The notes below the pieces were generated by a model. That model worked only from the letters and a program-made list of their open reading frames with translations. It was not told where the DNA came from and did not search any database. From NCBI RefSeq assembly GCF_009914755.1, contig NC_060925.1: 64,000 nt of DNA; one strand, 5' to 3'. Shown in pieces: positions 30,577-46,378 of this stretch. Position numbers and translations under genes: made by a program. Every line of letters starts with the position of its first letter. Position 1 is the first letter of the stretch. Origin of the DNA: the human T2T-CHM13v2.0 reference genome, Homo sapiens.

Positions 30577-32439
30577 AGAGAGAGAGATGGAGGGAATGTT
30601 TAGCTTTGTCAGTCGCTGTCCACTTCATACAATATGAGTACTGAAAAATATCCTTTGTGCGTGGCAATTCAGAGGTAACCTTAATGAGCAGTTTCAGTGG
30701 AGTGTTGAGGGTATAATCTAGAAGGGTTCAAAGGAGGATTTCTTTAAAGATAGGATATTGTTAGGTTTATAAAAGACAAACTTGTTTTCCCTAATCCTTT
30801 TATGCCTTACTACTAGGACTTTTTCCTTTAATCCAAGCATTTCCAAACCATGGTGCTTCATTGTTTAGAAATCACATGTGCTTTAATAATTCAGGTTGGT
30901 TTTTCTTTTCTTAACCAAAAATAGCAATGCAAACTATGGCGTATGTATTATACACTTTATTAGGGATTTCAAATTATGTAAATCTCTAAATTAACACACA
31001 AAAAGGATTTATATCAGATTCTATTTATGAAGTCAGAAAAATTCCTTTTTCCAGAGCCTTAACTCTTATATTTCCCAAGTGCTTTTATGAAGAAACAGTC
31101 ATTAAGGAAAAAATGACTGTTTTATTCAGTGAAGATTTCATGTCATCTAGTTAGCAAACTATACTTTGTCTTAGAGTCATTTGAAGGTAGTTGGACTTAA
31201 CACAGACATATTGACCAAAATTACGATCATTATATCCTTATTCTATGTCCATATGTCAGAGCCCATCTTTTACAGATCTCTCATGATTGCCCTAAAAATT
31301 CCATTTCAAGGGAGTCAAAGGCTCTCTTCTTTCCTGCCCATCTGCATCTCCTAGGAAGTGAGTTTTGGGGCTCCTTGAAATTCTAGTGTGTTCTAAGATA
31401 GTGGTGATCAAACTTTTTTTACCCTCCCCATACATATATGTATGTTTGCCTGTGAGTCAGATGCAAAAGTTTTCAGTAATTATTCTATGAGATGCTATGG
31501 TATTCACTATCTCTTTTTTCCTTTTCATTCTGTTATGAGCTAACATGCTGAGTAGTAGGTCATAATCATGATTCACCAATGGAGACTAAAAGTTCCCATA
31601 GCTCATAGAGGAGTCCCAGGAATGGCCATGTATTTGCTAAACCCTAATTTGTTCACCGTGAATTCATCTTAGAAGTTTTAGGTGTGATCTGGCTTCCTGG
31701 TAACATCAGAATGCTCTAGGAGTTGCCCAGTTTCCAGATACTAGACTTATTGCCCTTGTGCTGTAGAGAAAGAGCAAAAGAATTTTAGGCTTAATAATAC
31801 CTTACTATGTTTACTATGTGTCAGGTGCTATGATTGGTATAGATAATATCTAATCTTAAAACAATTTTGAAAATTAGAATTAGCATCACAATTGTGGTGG
31901 GTTAGTAGGGGAAATGAAGAAAACAAAGCTTGGCGACATTGAGTAACTTGTCTAAGAGTATACAGTGTGTAGGTGGCTTTAAAACCCGAGTTTTTTTCAC
32001 TTCCATAAGCTTTCTGAAACAGGCATTCCATTATGAAGGGTCAGCCTCAGTGCTTGTCCCTATTGTGCCTAAAGAAGATTGAGAAACATGGGGTGGGGCG
32101 GGGAAGTCCCAAAATCATCTTGGATAGCCTAAGCCTTTATGCATTCTCACTGCTTAAATGGAGAACTCTGGCAATGTCAACATAATCAGATCACTGCCAT
32201 CTCAATACAGGATTAAATAAAATTGCTCTCATATTTTTTGGCAGTCTGTGGGTAAAAATTATCTCTGAGATCTGTACAATCATATGTGGAGTTCATTTAA
32301 GCCAAAGTCTATAAAGAATGTTTAAGACCATGCCCCTGTTTGTGCTTTTTACTGGTGTTTCTCTATTAGCCTGGAGTGATAGGATCAGTCCTTGTTAATT
32401 ATAACTGATAGGGAAACATGGCTAAGAAATATCATTCTT

Positions 32440-32611
32440 GGGTCAGGCACAGTGTCTCATGCCTGCAATCCTGGTGCTTTGGGAGGCCAAGGCAGGAGGA
32501 TTGCTTGACTTCAGGAGTTTAAGACTAGCCTGGGCAACATAGCAAGACTCCATCTCAACAGTGACATTTAAAAATTAGCTAGGTGACAGAGTGAGCTTCT
32601 GTGTCAAAAAA
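32440..32611 (+). mobile_element. AluJ with most of the right arm deleted
   Basis: Left arm, then aattagcta|ggtgacagagtgagcttctgtgtcaaaaa. Confidence 0.8.
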
Positions 32612-32921
32612 TATATATATCATTCTTGGTGATGGGCTTGGCCACTTTGTAAGAAACCTTGGTATCTCAGATGATAGATAGAAGAAGCAAAACCGTGAGC
32701 ATTTTTCTCTGTAATGTTTAGTTGTGAGGCCAATAAACTTAACACTCTTGGAGGCAGGTTTTAAGAACTTCTTTTCTATCATTTTCTTCTTCCCTGTTTT
32801 TACTCCCCTACTCAAAAGATGTATGTGTATGTGTTTTTTTTTTAATCCCTCCTACAGAGAGAAAAGCTTGTGGCAAAGGGAGCTAAGGTATAGGATGTAG
32901 CTTCTCCGTTAAAATCTAGTC

Positions 32922-33242
32922 CTGCCCTGTCCAATGTAATAACCACTAGCCACATGTATTATCAAGCACTTAAAATGTGAAAAGTCAGAATTGACAAGTG
33001 TTGTAAGTATAAAATATTTCATACTATATTTGAAAGACTTAGTATTAAAAAGAGAATGTAAAATATTAATAGTTTTTAATATAGATTACATGTTAAGATA
33101 ATATTTCACATTCATTGAATTAAATGTCATTAAAATTTCTCCTGTTGCTTTTTACTTTTTAAAATGTGGCTACAGTAAAATTTTAAATTATATATTTGTC
33201 TTGCATTTGTGGTTGTATTGTATTTCTTTTTGACAGTATTGA
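32922..33242. mobile_element. MER33-like hAT-Charlie element
   Basis: ctgtccaatgtaataaccactagccacatgt...gaaagacttagta...gaatgtaaaatat...atgtggctacagtaaaattt...ttgacagtattg. Confidence 0.75.
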
Positions 33243-33937
33243 TTCTAGGGCAATACTGCAGCTACTCTACCCAGCCATGCTTTGGAATACAGCTCATTAT
33301 CTAATTTTAGGACCCCCCACCCAAAGAGGGCTAAATTTTGCCCAGCCTTTTCTTCCTGTCCACCTGCTACCTCAGCTTGAAAGAGTATATAGTGCTTTAC
33401 TGGACAGGTAAGGCACATAAAAATAAATCAAGTTTTCCCCAATTGGAAGTGAGAACAGATGGTCTTGGATGGGGTGGGACACCAGACTGGTAGGGCCCAG
33501 ATCCAGTAGATTTGCTGAGGATATTCTGTAAAGCAACTTGAAGAAAGTATAGGAAAGTTCACATTTTTCCCATTATGAGTACTTCAGTGGTTTTGTTTTT
33601 GTTTGAAATATCAAATTCTTCCAAGACAGTTTTGCTCCTTTTCAGGGCACTGTTTCCCTGATGCGCTAAGCATGTGCTTAGTCTGTGTGATATACTTCCA
33701 AAGACCAAGCCCTTGATAAGTCCACCCTGGAGTGGTGGCATGGCAAGTTGTCAATACCTGAGCCTTGGGAGCTATACTCCTTCAGTGGTTGGTTGACTGA
33801 TTGCAGGCAAAAAGATAGAAGTTGCCAATGAAAATTGTTTCAAAGGAAGTAGTGTATCATGTGTGCATGTCTATGTGTGTGTATTTATTAAAGAAGATTC
33901 TGCTTAAATTATTTCTACTTTAAAATTCTCTATTTTA

Positions 33938-34538
33938 ACCATTGTGGAAGACAGTGTGGTGATTCCTTGAAGATTTAGAAATGGAAATTCCATTTAACCC
34001 AGCAATCCCATTACTGGATGTATACCCAAAGGAATATAAATCATTCTATTAAAAAGATACATGCATGCGTATGTTCATTGCAGCACTATTCACAATAACA
34101 AAGACATGGAATCAATCCAAATGCCCATCAGTGATAGACTGGGTAAAGAAAATGTGATACATATACACCATTGAATACTATGCAGCCATAAAAAGGAATG
34201 AGATCATGTCCTTTGCAGGGACATGGATGAAGCTGGAAGCCATTATCCTCAGCAAACTAACGCAGGAACAGAAAACCAAACACCTCGTGTTGTAAGTAGG
34301 AGCTGAACAATGAGAACACATGGACACAGGGAGGGCAACAATACACACTGGGACCTGTCAGGGGAGGGTGGGTAGGGGAGAGCATTAGGGAAAAGAGCTA
34401 ACACATGCTGAGCTTAATACCTAGGTGATGGGTTGTTAAGTGCAGCAAACCACCATGACACACGTTTACCTATGTAACAAACCTGCACATCCTGCACATG
34501 TACCCCAGAACTTAAGAAAAAAAAATGAAATTATTTTT
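33938..34538 (+). mobile_element. 5'-truncated older L1PA 3' end
   Basis: accattgtggaagacagtgtgg...catgtaccccagaacttaag plus A-tail. TSD core aaaattctc on both sides. Confidence 0.88.
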
Positions 34539-34540
34539 AA

Positions 34541-34866
<326 letters not shown>

Positions 34867-34897
34867 AAATGATCTGTTTTAAAAAGTACAATATGAG

Positions 34898-35446
34898 TGT
34901 GATGTTCCCCTTCCTGTGTCCATGTGTTCTCATTGTTCAATTCCCACCTATGAGTGAGAATATGCGGTGTTTGGTTTTTTGTTCTTGCGATAGTTTACTG
35001 AGAATGATGGTTTCCAATTTCATCCATGTCCCTACAAAGGACATGAACTCATCATTTTTTATGGCTGCATAGTATTCCATGGTGTATATGTGCCACATTT
35101 TCTTAATCCAGTCTATCATTGTTGGACATTTGGGTTGGTTCCAAGTCTTTGCTATTGTGAATAATGCCGCAATAAACATATGTGTGCATGTGTCTTTATA
35201 GCAGCATGATTTATGGTCCTTTGGGTATATACCCAGTAATGGGATGGCTGGGTCAAACTGTTGTGGGGTGGGGGGAGGGGGGAGGGATAGCATTGGGAGA
35301 TATACTTAATGTTAGATGACGAGTTAGTGGGTGCAGTGCACCAGCATGGCACATGTATACATATGTAACTAACCTGCACATTGTGCACATGTACCCTAAA
35401 ACTTAAAGTATAATAATAATAAATAAAATAAAATAAAATAAAATAT
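34898..35446 (+). mobile_element. Short L1PA2/3 insertion with a 5' inversion (twin priming)
   Basis: 34898-35257 is antisense L1; 35258-35446 is sense 3'UTR plus A-rich tail. Perfect 16-bp TSD aaaagtacaatatgag (34882-34897 / 35447-35462). GAG/A diagnostics, so not L1HS. Confidence 0.93.
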
Positions 35447-35820
35447 AAAAGTACAATATGAGAAGAAAAATCACGTCTTCCAATTAAATAATATACAGTT
35501 AATCAAAGAGAGAGCAAGAATTTGTTCAACTGTGTACCATTATAATCAGACACTATAAAGGGATTCCAAAAGTTTGTGGGAAAATGCAATTAAAAGAATA
35601 AAATAATGTGAACTTTTCTTCCCAACATAAGCTCCATCAGGGTCAAGACACTTTCCAAATAAAAAGTAATGAGTACATAGTAGGTATATATATTTATGGG
35701 GTACTTGAGATATTTTGATACAGGCATGCAATGCATGACAATAACATCGGGGAAATGAGGTATTCACCATCTCAAGCATTTATTTCTTTGTGTTATAAAC
35801 ATTCCAATTATACTCTTTAG

Positions 35821-36434
<614 letters not shown>

Positions 36435-38114
36435 TAGTTATTTTTAAATGTACAATAAATTATTGTTGACTGTAGTCACTTTGTTTTCCTGTCAAATAAT
36501 AGATCTTATTCATTCTATCTAACTATATTTTTGTACCCATTAAACATCTCCACTTTGCCCCCACTACTCCCGCTACCCTTCTCAACCTATGGTAACTATC
36601 ATTATATTCTCCATCTCCATGAATTAATTGTTTTGTTTTTTTAGCTCCCACAAATGAGTGAGAAGATTGTCTTTTTCTGCCTGTTTTATTTCATTTAACA
36701 TAATGTCTTTTAGTTCTATCTATGTTGTTGCAAATGACAGAATCTCATTCTTTTTTATGGCTGAATAGTACTCCATTGTGTACATGTACCACATTTTCTT
36801 TATCCATTCATCTGTTGATGAACACTTAGGTTGCCTCCAAATCTTGGCTATTGCAAATAGTACCACAGTAAACATAGGAGTGCAGATATCTCTTCAACAT
36901 AGTGACCTCCATTCTTTTGTGAATATACCTAGCAGTGGGATTGCTGGATCATATGGTGGTTCTGTTTTTAATTTTTTGCAGAACTTCTATACTGTTCTTC
37001 ATAGTGGTTGCACTAATTTACATTCCCACTAACAGTGTACAAGAGTTCCCTTTTCTCCACATCCTTGTCAGCATTTGTTATTGCCTATTTTTTGGATAAA
37101 AGCCATTAAAACTTGGGTGAGATGATATCTCATTGTAGTTTTAATTTCCATTTCTCCAGTGATTGATGATGTTGAGCACTTTTTTATATACCTGTTTGAT
37201 ACTTGTATTTCTTCTTTTGAGAAATGTTTATTCAAATCTTTTGCCCATTTTTAAATTGGATTATTAGATTTTTTTTCTATTGAGTTGTTGGAGCTCCTTA
37301 TATATTCCGGTTGTTCATCATTTGTCAGATGAAGTTTGCAAATGTTGTCTTCCATTTTGTAGATTATCTCTTCACTTCGTTGATCATTTCCTTTGCTGTG
37401 AAGAAGCTTTTTAACTTGTTAACTTGATATGATCTCATTTGTCCATTTTTTCTTTGGTTGCTTGTGCTCGTGGGGTATTACTGAAGAAATTTTTGCCCAG
37501 CTTGATGTCTTTGAGAGTTTCCTTAATGTTTTCTTGTGTTAGTTTCATAGTTTGAGGACTTAGATTTAAGCCTTTAGTCCACTTTTACTTGATTTTTATA
37601 TATGTCGAGAGAAAGGGGTCTAGTTTCATTCTTCTGCATATGGATTATTCAGTCTTCCCAGCACCATTTATTGAAGAGACTCTCCTTTCAACAATGTATG
37701 TTCTTGGCATGTTGTCAAAAATGAGTTCAATGTAGATGTATGGATTTACTTCTGGATTCTTTATTCTGTTCCATTGGTCTATGTGTTTCTTTTTATGCCA
37801 GTCCCGTGCTGTTTTGGTTGCAGTAGCTCTGTAGTATAATTTGAAGTCAGGTAATGTGAGTTCTCCAGTTTTGTTCTTTTTGTTTAGGATGGCTTAGGCT
37901 ATTCCAGGTCTTTCATGGGTTCCATCAAAATTTACGATTATTTATTTCTATTTCTGTGAAGAATGAGATTGATACTTTGATTCGGATTACACTGAATCTG
38001 CACATTGCTTTGGACATTTTAACAATATTGATTCTTCTAATCCATGAACATGGAATATCTTTCCATTTTTTGTGACCTCTTCAGTTTCTTTTTTTTTTTT
38101 TTTTTTTTTTTTTT

Positions 38115-38289
38115 GTGAGCCAAATAAACTTCTTTTATTTATAAATTACCATGTCTCAGGTGTTCCTTTACAGCAATTTAAAATGGACTAATACACAAAG
38201 TTAATGCTCTAACAACTTTTGGTTAAATAAATGAATATGAGACTGTAAAGTTATTTTTTAATACCTCCTTTGTTTTAGATGCTGTATTG
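38115..38289 (-). other. L1 3'-transduced genomic segment containing an MST-type LTR end (38115-38195)
   Basis: Non-L1 sequence between two poly(A) tracts and inside the TSDs. AATAAA (tttatt at 38134-38139) lies 19 nt upstream of the distal pure poly(A). Confidence 0.92.
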
Positions 38290-38530
38290 TTTTTTTTTCT
38301 TTTTTTTTTTATTTATTTTTTTTTTATTATACTCTAAGTTTTAGGGTACATGTGCACATTGTGCAGGTTAGTTACATATGTATACATGTGCCATGCTGGT
38401 GCGCTGCACCCACTAACGTGTCATCTAGCATTAGGTATATCTCCCAATGCTATCCCTCCCCCCTCCCCCGACCCCACCACAGTCCCCAGAGTGTGCTATT
38501 CCCCTTCCTGTGTCCAAGTGATCTCATTGT

Positions 38531-42382
<3,852 letters not shown>

Positions 42383-42421
42383 TCATTAGTTGATGCAGTT
42401 TCTTCCTAGTCTCGATGGTCT

Positions 42422-43438
42422 TTACATTTTGGCATGATTTTGCAGCGGCTGGTACCGGTTGTTCCTTTCCATGTTTAGCGCTTCCTTCAGGAGCTCTTTT
42501 AGGGCAGGCCTGGTGGTGACAAAATCTCTCAGCATTTGCTTGTCTATAAAGTATTTTATTTCTCCTTCACTTATGAAGCTTAGTTTGGCTGGATATGAAA
42601 TTCTGGGTTGAAAATTCTTTTCTTTAAGAATGTTGAATATTGGCCCCCACTCTCTTCTGGCTTGTAGGGTTTCTGCCGAGAGATCCGCTGTTAGTCTGAT
42701 GGGCTTTCCTTTGAGGGTAACCCGACCTTTCTCTCTGGCTGCCCTTAACATTTTTTCCTTCATTTCAACTTTGGTGAATCTGACAATTATGTGTCTTGGA
42801 GTTGCTCTTCTCGAGGAGTATCTTTGTGGCGTTCTCTGTATTTCCTGAATCTGAACGTTGGCCTGCCTTGCTAGATTGGGGAAGTTCTCCTGGATAATAT
42901 CCTGCAGAGTGTTTTCCAACTTGGTTCCATTCTCCACATCACTTTGAGGTACACCAATCAGACGTAGATTTGGTCTTTTCACATAGTCCCATATTTCTTG
43001 GAGGCTTTGCTCATTTCTTTTTATTCTTTTTTCTCTAAACTTCCCTTCTCGCTTCATTTCATTCATTTCATCTTCCATTGCTGATACCCTTTCTTCCAGT
43101 TGATCGCATCGGCTCCTGAGGCTTCTGCATTCTTCACGTAGTTCTCGAGCCTTGGTTTTCAGCTCCATCAGCTCCTTTAAGCACTTCTCTGTATTGGTTA
43201 TTCTAGTTATACATTCTTCTAAATTTTTTTCAAAGTTTTCAACTTCTTTGCCTTTGGTTTGAATGTCCTCCCGTAGCTCAGAGTAATTTGATCGTCTGAA
43301 GCCTTCTTCTCTCAGCTCGTCAAAATCATTCTCCATCCAGCTTTGTTCTGTTGCTGGTGAGGAACTGCGTTCCTTTGGAGGAGGAGAGGCGCTCTGCGTT
43401 TTAGAGTTTCCAGTTTTTCTGTTCTGTTTTTTCCCCAT
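42422..43438 (-). CDS. LINE-1 ORF1p, intact 338 aa (carries E165Q)
   Basis: MGKKQNRK...NHAKM, with REKG, ARR and YPAKLS motifs intact and a 63-nt spacer to ORF2. Confidence 0.97.
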   Translation of the reverse strand: MGKKQNRKTGNSKTQSASPPPKERSSSPATEQSWMENDFDELREEGFRRSNYSELREDIQTKGKEVENFEKNLEECITRITNTEKCLKELMELKTKARELREECRSLRSRCDQLEERVSAMEDEMNEMKREGKFREKRIKRNEQSLQEIWDYVKRPNLRLIGVPQSDVENGTKLENTLQDIIQENFPNLARQANVQIQEIQRTPQRYSSRRATPRHIIVRFTKVEMKEKMLRAAREKGRVTLKGKPIRLTADLSAETLQARREWGPIFNILKEKNFQPRISYPAKLSFISEGEIKYFIDKQMLRDFVTTRPALKELLKEALNMERNNRYQPLQNHAKM

Positions 43439-44343
43439 CTTTGTGGTTTTATCTACTTTTGGTCTTTGATGATGGTGATGTACAGATGGGTTTTCGGTGT
43501 AGATGTCCTTTCTGGTTGTTAGTTTTCCTTCTAACAGACAGGACCCTCAGCTGCAGGTCTGTTGGAATACCCTGCGATGTGAGGTGTCAGTGTGCCCCTG
43601 CTGGGGGCTGCCTCCCAGTTAGGCTGCTCGGGGGTCAGGGGTCAGGGACCCACTTGAGGAGGCAGTCTGCCCGTTCTCAGATCTCCAGCTGCGTGCTGGG
43701 AGAACCACTGCTCTCTTCAAAGCTGTCAGACAGGGACACTTAAGTCTGCAGAGGTTACTGCTGTCTTTTTGTTTGTCTGTGCCCTGCCCCCAGAGGTGGA
43801 GCCTACAGAGGCAGGCAGGCCTCCTTGAGCTGTGGTGGGCTCCACCCAGTTCGAGCTTCCCTGCTGCTTTGTTTACCTAAGCAAGCCTTGGCAATGGCGG
43901 GCGCCCCTCCCCCAGCCTCGTTGCCGCCTTGCAGTTTGATCTCAGACTGCTGTGCTAGCAATCAGCGAGATTCCGTGGGCGTAGGACCCTCTGAGCCAGG
44001 TGTGGGATATAGTCTCGTGGTGCGCCGTTTCTTAAGCCGGTCTGAAAAGCGCAATATTCGGGTGGGAGTGACCCGATTTTCCAGGTGCGTCCGTCACCCC
44101 TTTCTTTGACTCGGAAAGGGAACTCCCTGACCCCTTGCGCTTCCCAGGTGAGGCAATGCCTCGCCCTGCTTCGGCTCGCGCACGGTGTGCACACACACTG
44201 GCCTGCGCCCACTGTCTGGCACTCCCTAGTGAGATGAACCCGGTACCTCAGATGGAAATGCAGAAATCACCCGTCTTCTGCGTGGCTCACGCTGGGAGCT
44301 GTAGACCGGAGCTGTTCCTATTCGGCCATCTTGGTTCCTCCCT
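43439..44343 (-). promoter_or_regulatory. L1HS 5'UTR: CpG-rich internal sense promoter plus antisense promoter
   Basis: ~905 bp with many retained CpGs. The YY1 core AAGATGGCC is intact (ggccatctt at 44324-44332). Confidence 0.9.
43894..44109 (+). CDS. L1 ORF0 (71 aa antisense ORF)
   Basis: ATG at 43894 in a gcaATGg context; MAGAPPPASLPPCSLISDCC...RCVRHPFL*. Confidence 0.88.
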   Translation: MAGAPPPASLPPCSLISDCCASNQRDSVGVGPSEPGVGYSLVVRRFLSRSEKRNIRVGVTRFSRCVRHPFL

Positions 44344-46013
44344 CCTCTTCAGTTTCTTTCATCAGTGTTTTGTAGTTCTTATTGTACAGATCTTTCACTT
44401 CTTTGGTTAAGTTATTCCTAGATAATTTATTTGTAGCTGTTGCAAATTGGATTCTTAAATTTTAAATTTCTTTTTCAGATTGTTCATTGTTGGCATATTT
44501 AAATGCTATTGATTTTCATATATTGATTTTATATCCTGTAATTTTATGTAATTTACTTCTCAGTTCTAATAATTTCTTGATTAAGTCTTTAGGTTTTTCT
44601 AAATATAAGATTATGTCATCTGCAAAGAAGGATAATTTGACTTCTTCCATTTCAGTTTGGATGACCTTTATTTCTTTATCTTATCTGATTCCTTTAGCTA
44701 GGATTTCCAGGACTATGTTGAATAACGGTGGTGAAAGTGGGCATCTTTGTCTTGTTCCAGATCTTGGAGGAAAGATTTTCAGGTTTTACGCATATGTAGA
44801 TGTGGTTCTTTTCTATATGGCTTTTATTGTGTGTTGAAGTATGTTTCTTCTCTATCCAGTTTTTTTAGGTTTTTTTAAATTTAATCATGAAGAGATGGTG
44901 AATTTTATTGAATGGTTTTTTTGTATCAATTGAAATGATCATATGGTCTACGTCCTTCATTCTTTTTATATGATGTTTATATTGATTGATTTGCATATGT
45001 TGAACCATCCTTACATCCTGGGGATAAATCTCAGTTGATCATGATGAATGATGTTTTTAATGTGTTGTTGAATTTGGTTTGCTAGTATTTTGTTGAGGAT
45101 TTTTTGTATCAATGTTCGTCAGAAATGTTGGCCTGGAATTTTCTTTTTTTGATGTGTCTTTGTCTGGTTTTGTTATCAGGGTAATACTGCCCTCATAGAA
45201 TGAGTTTGGAAGTATTCACTCCTCCATTATTTTTTGGAATAGTTTGAATAGGATTGATATTAGTTCTTCAAATGTTTTGTAAAATTCTGCAGTGAAGCCA
45301 TCATTTTCTGGGACTTTTCTTGATAGGAGACTTTTTATTACATCTCAGTCTCATTACTTGTTAAGGGTCTATTCGAGTTTTTAATTTTTTCCTGGTTCAA
45401 TCTTGGTAGGTTATATGTGTCTAGGAATTTGTCCATTTCTTCTAGGTTTTCTGATTTATTGGCATATGGTTGTTGATAGTAGCTTCTAATGATCTTTGAA
45501 TTTCTGTGGAATCAGTTGTAATTTTTTTTTAATCTCTGATTTTATTTATTTGTCTTCTCTCTTTTTTTCTTAATCTTCCTACAGGTTTGTTGATTTTGTT
45601 TTCAAAAAACTTTTCGAACTTTTCGAAAAATTTTTCAAAAAACTAACCTTTTGTTAATCTTGTGTATTGTTCTTTTTCTCTTTCCAATTTCATTTATTTC
45701 TGCTTTCATCTTAGTTATTTCTTTGTTCTACATTTTAATGTAGGCACTTACTGGTATAAACTTTGCTCTCAGTATTGCTTTCACTGTATTCCAGAGATAT
45801 TGGTGTGTTGGGTTTCCATTTTAATTTGTTTTAAGGAATTTTTGAATTTCCTTCTTAATTTCTTCATTGACTCACTGGTCATTCAGCAGCATAGTGTTTA
45901 ATTTCTATGTGTTTGTATAGTTTCCAACATTCCTCTTGTTGTTGATTTCTAGTTTTATTCCATTGTGGTCTGAGAAGATAATTGATATGATTTCAGGTTT
46001 TAAAAACATTTTA

Positions 46014-46378
<365 letters not shown>

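Larger units (their letters stand above)
29850..30720 (-). mobile_element. L2 fragments interrupted by Alu/FLAM
   Basis: agatttctggct...atggtgccatta...ggtttggggaaaagatgatgagtt and gagcagtttcagtggagtg are L2-like motifs. Confidence 0.55.

Noticed and set aside
32835-32895. Possible 30-nt exon (polypyrimidine-ctacag ... aag|gtatag)
   Set aside because: Splice-like motifs of this strength are expected by chance in 64 kb; it cannot be supported without transcript data.
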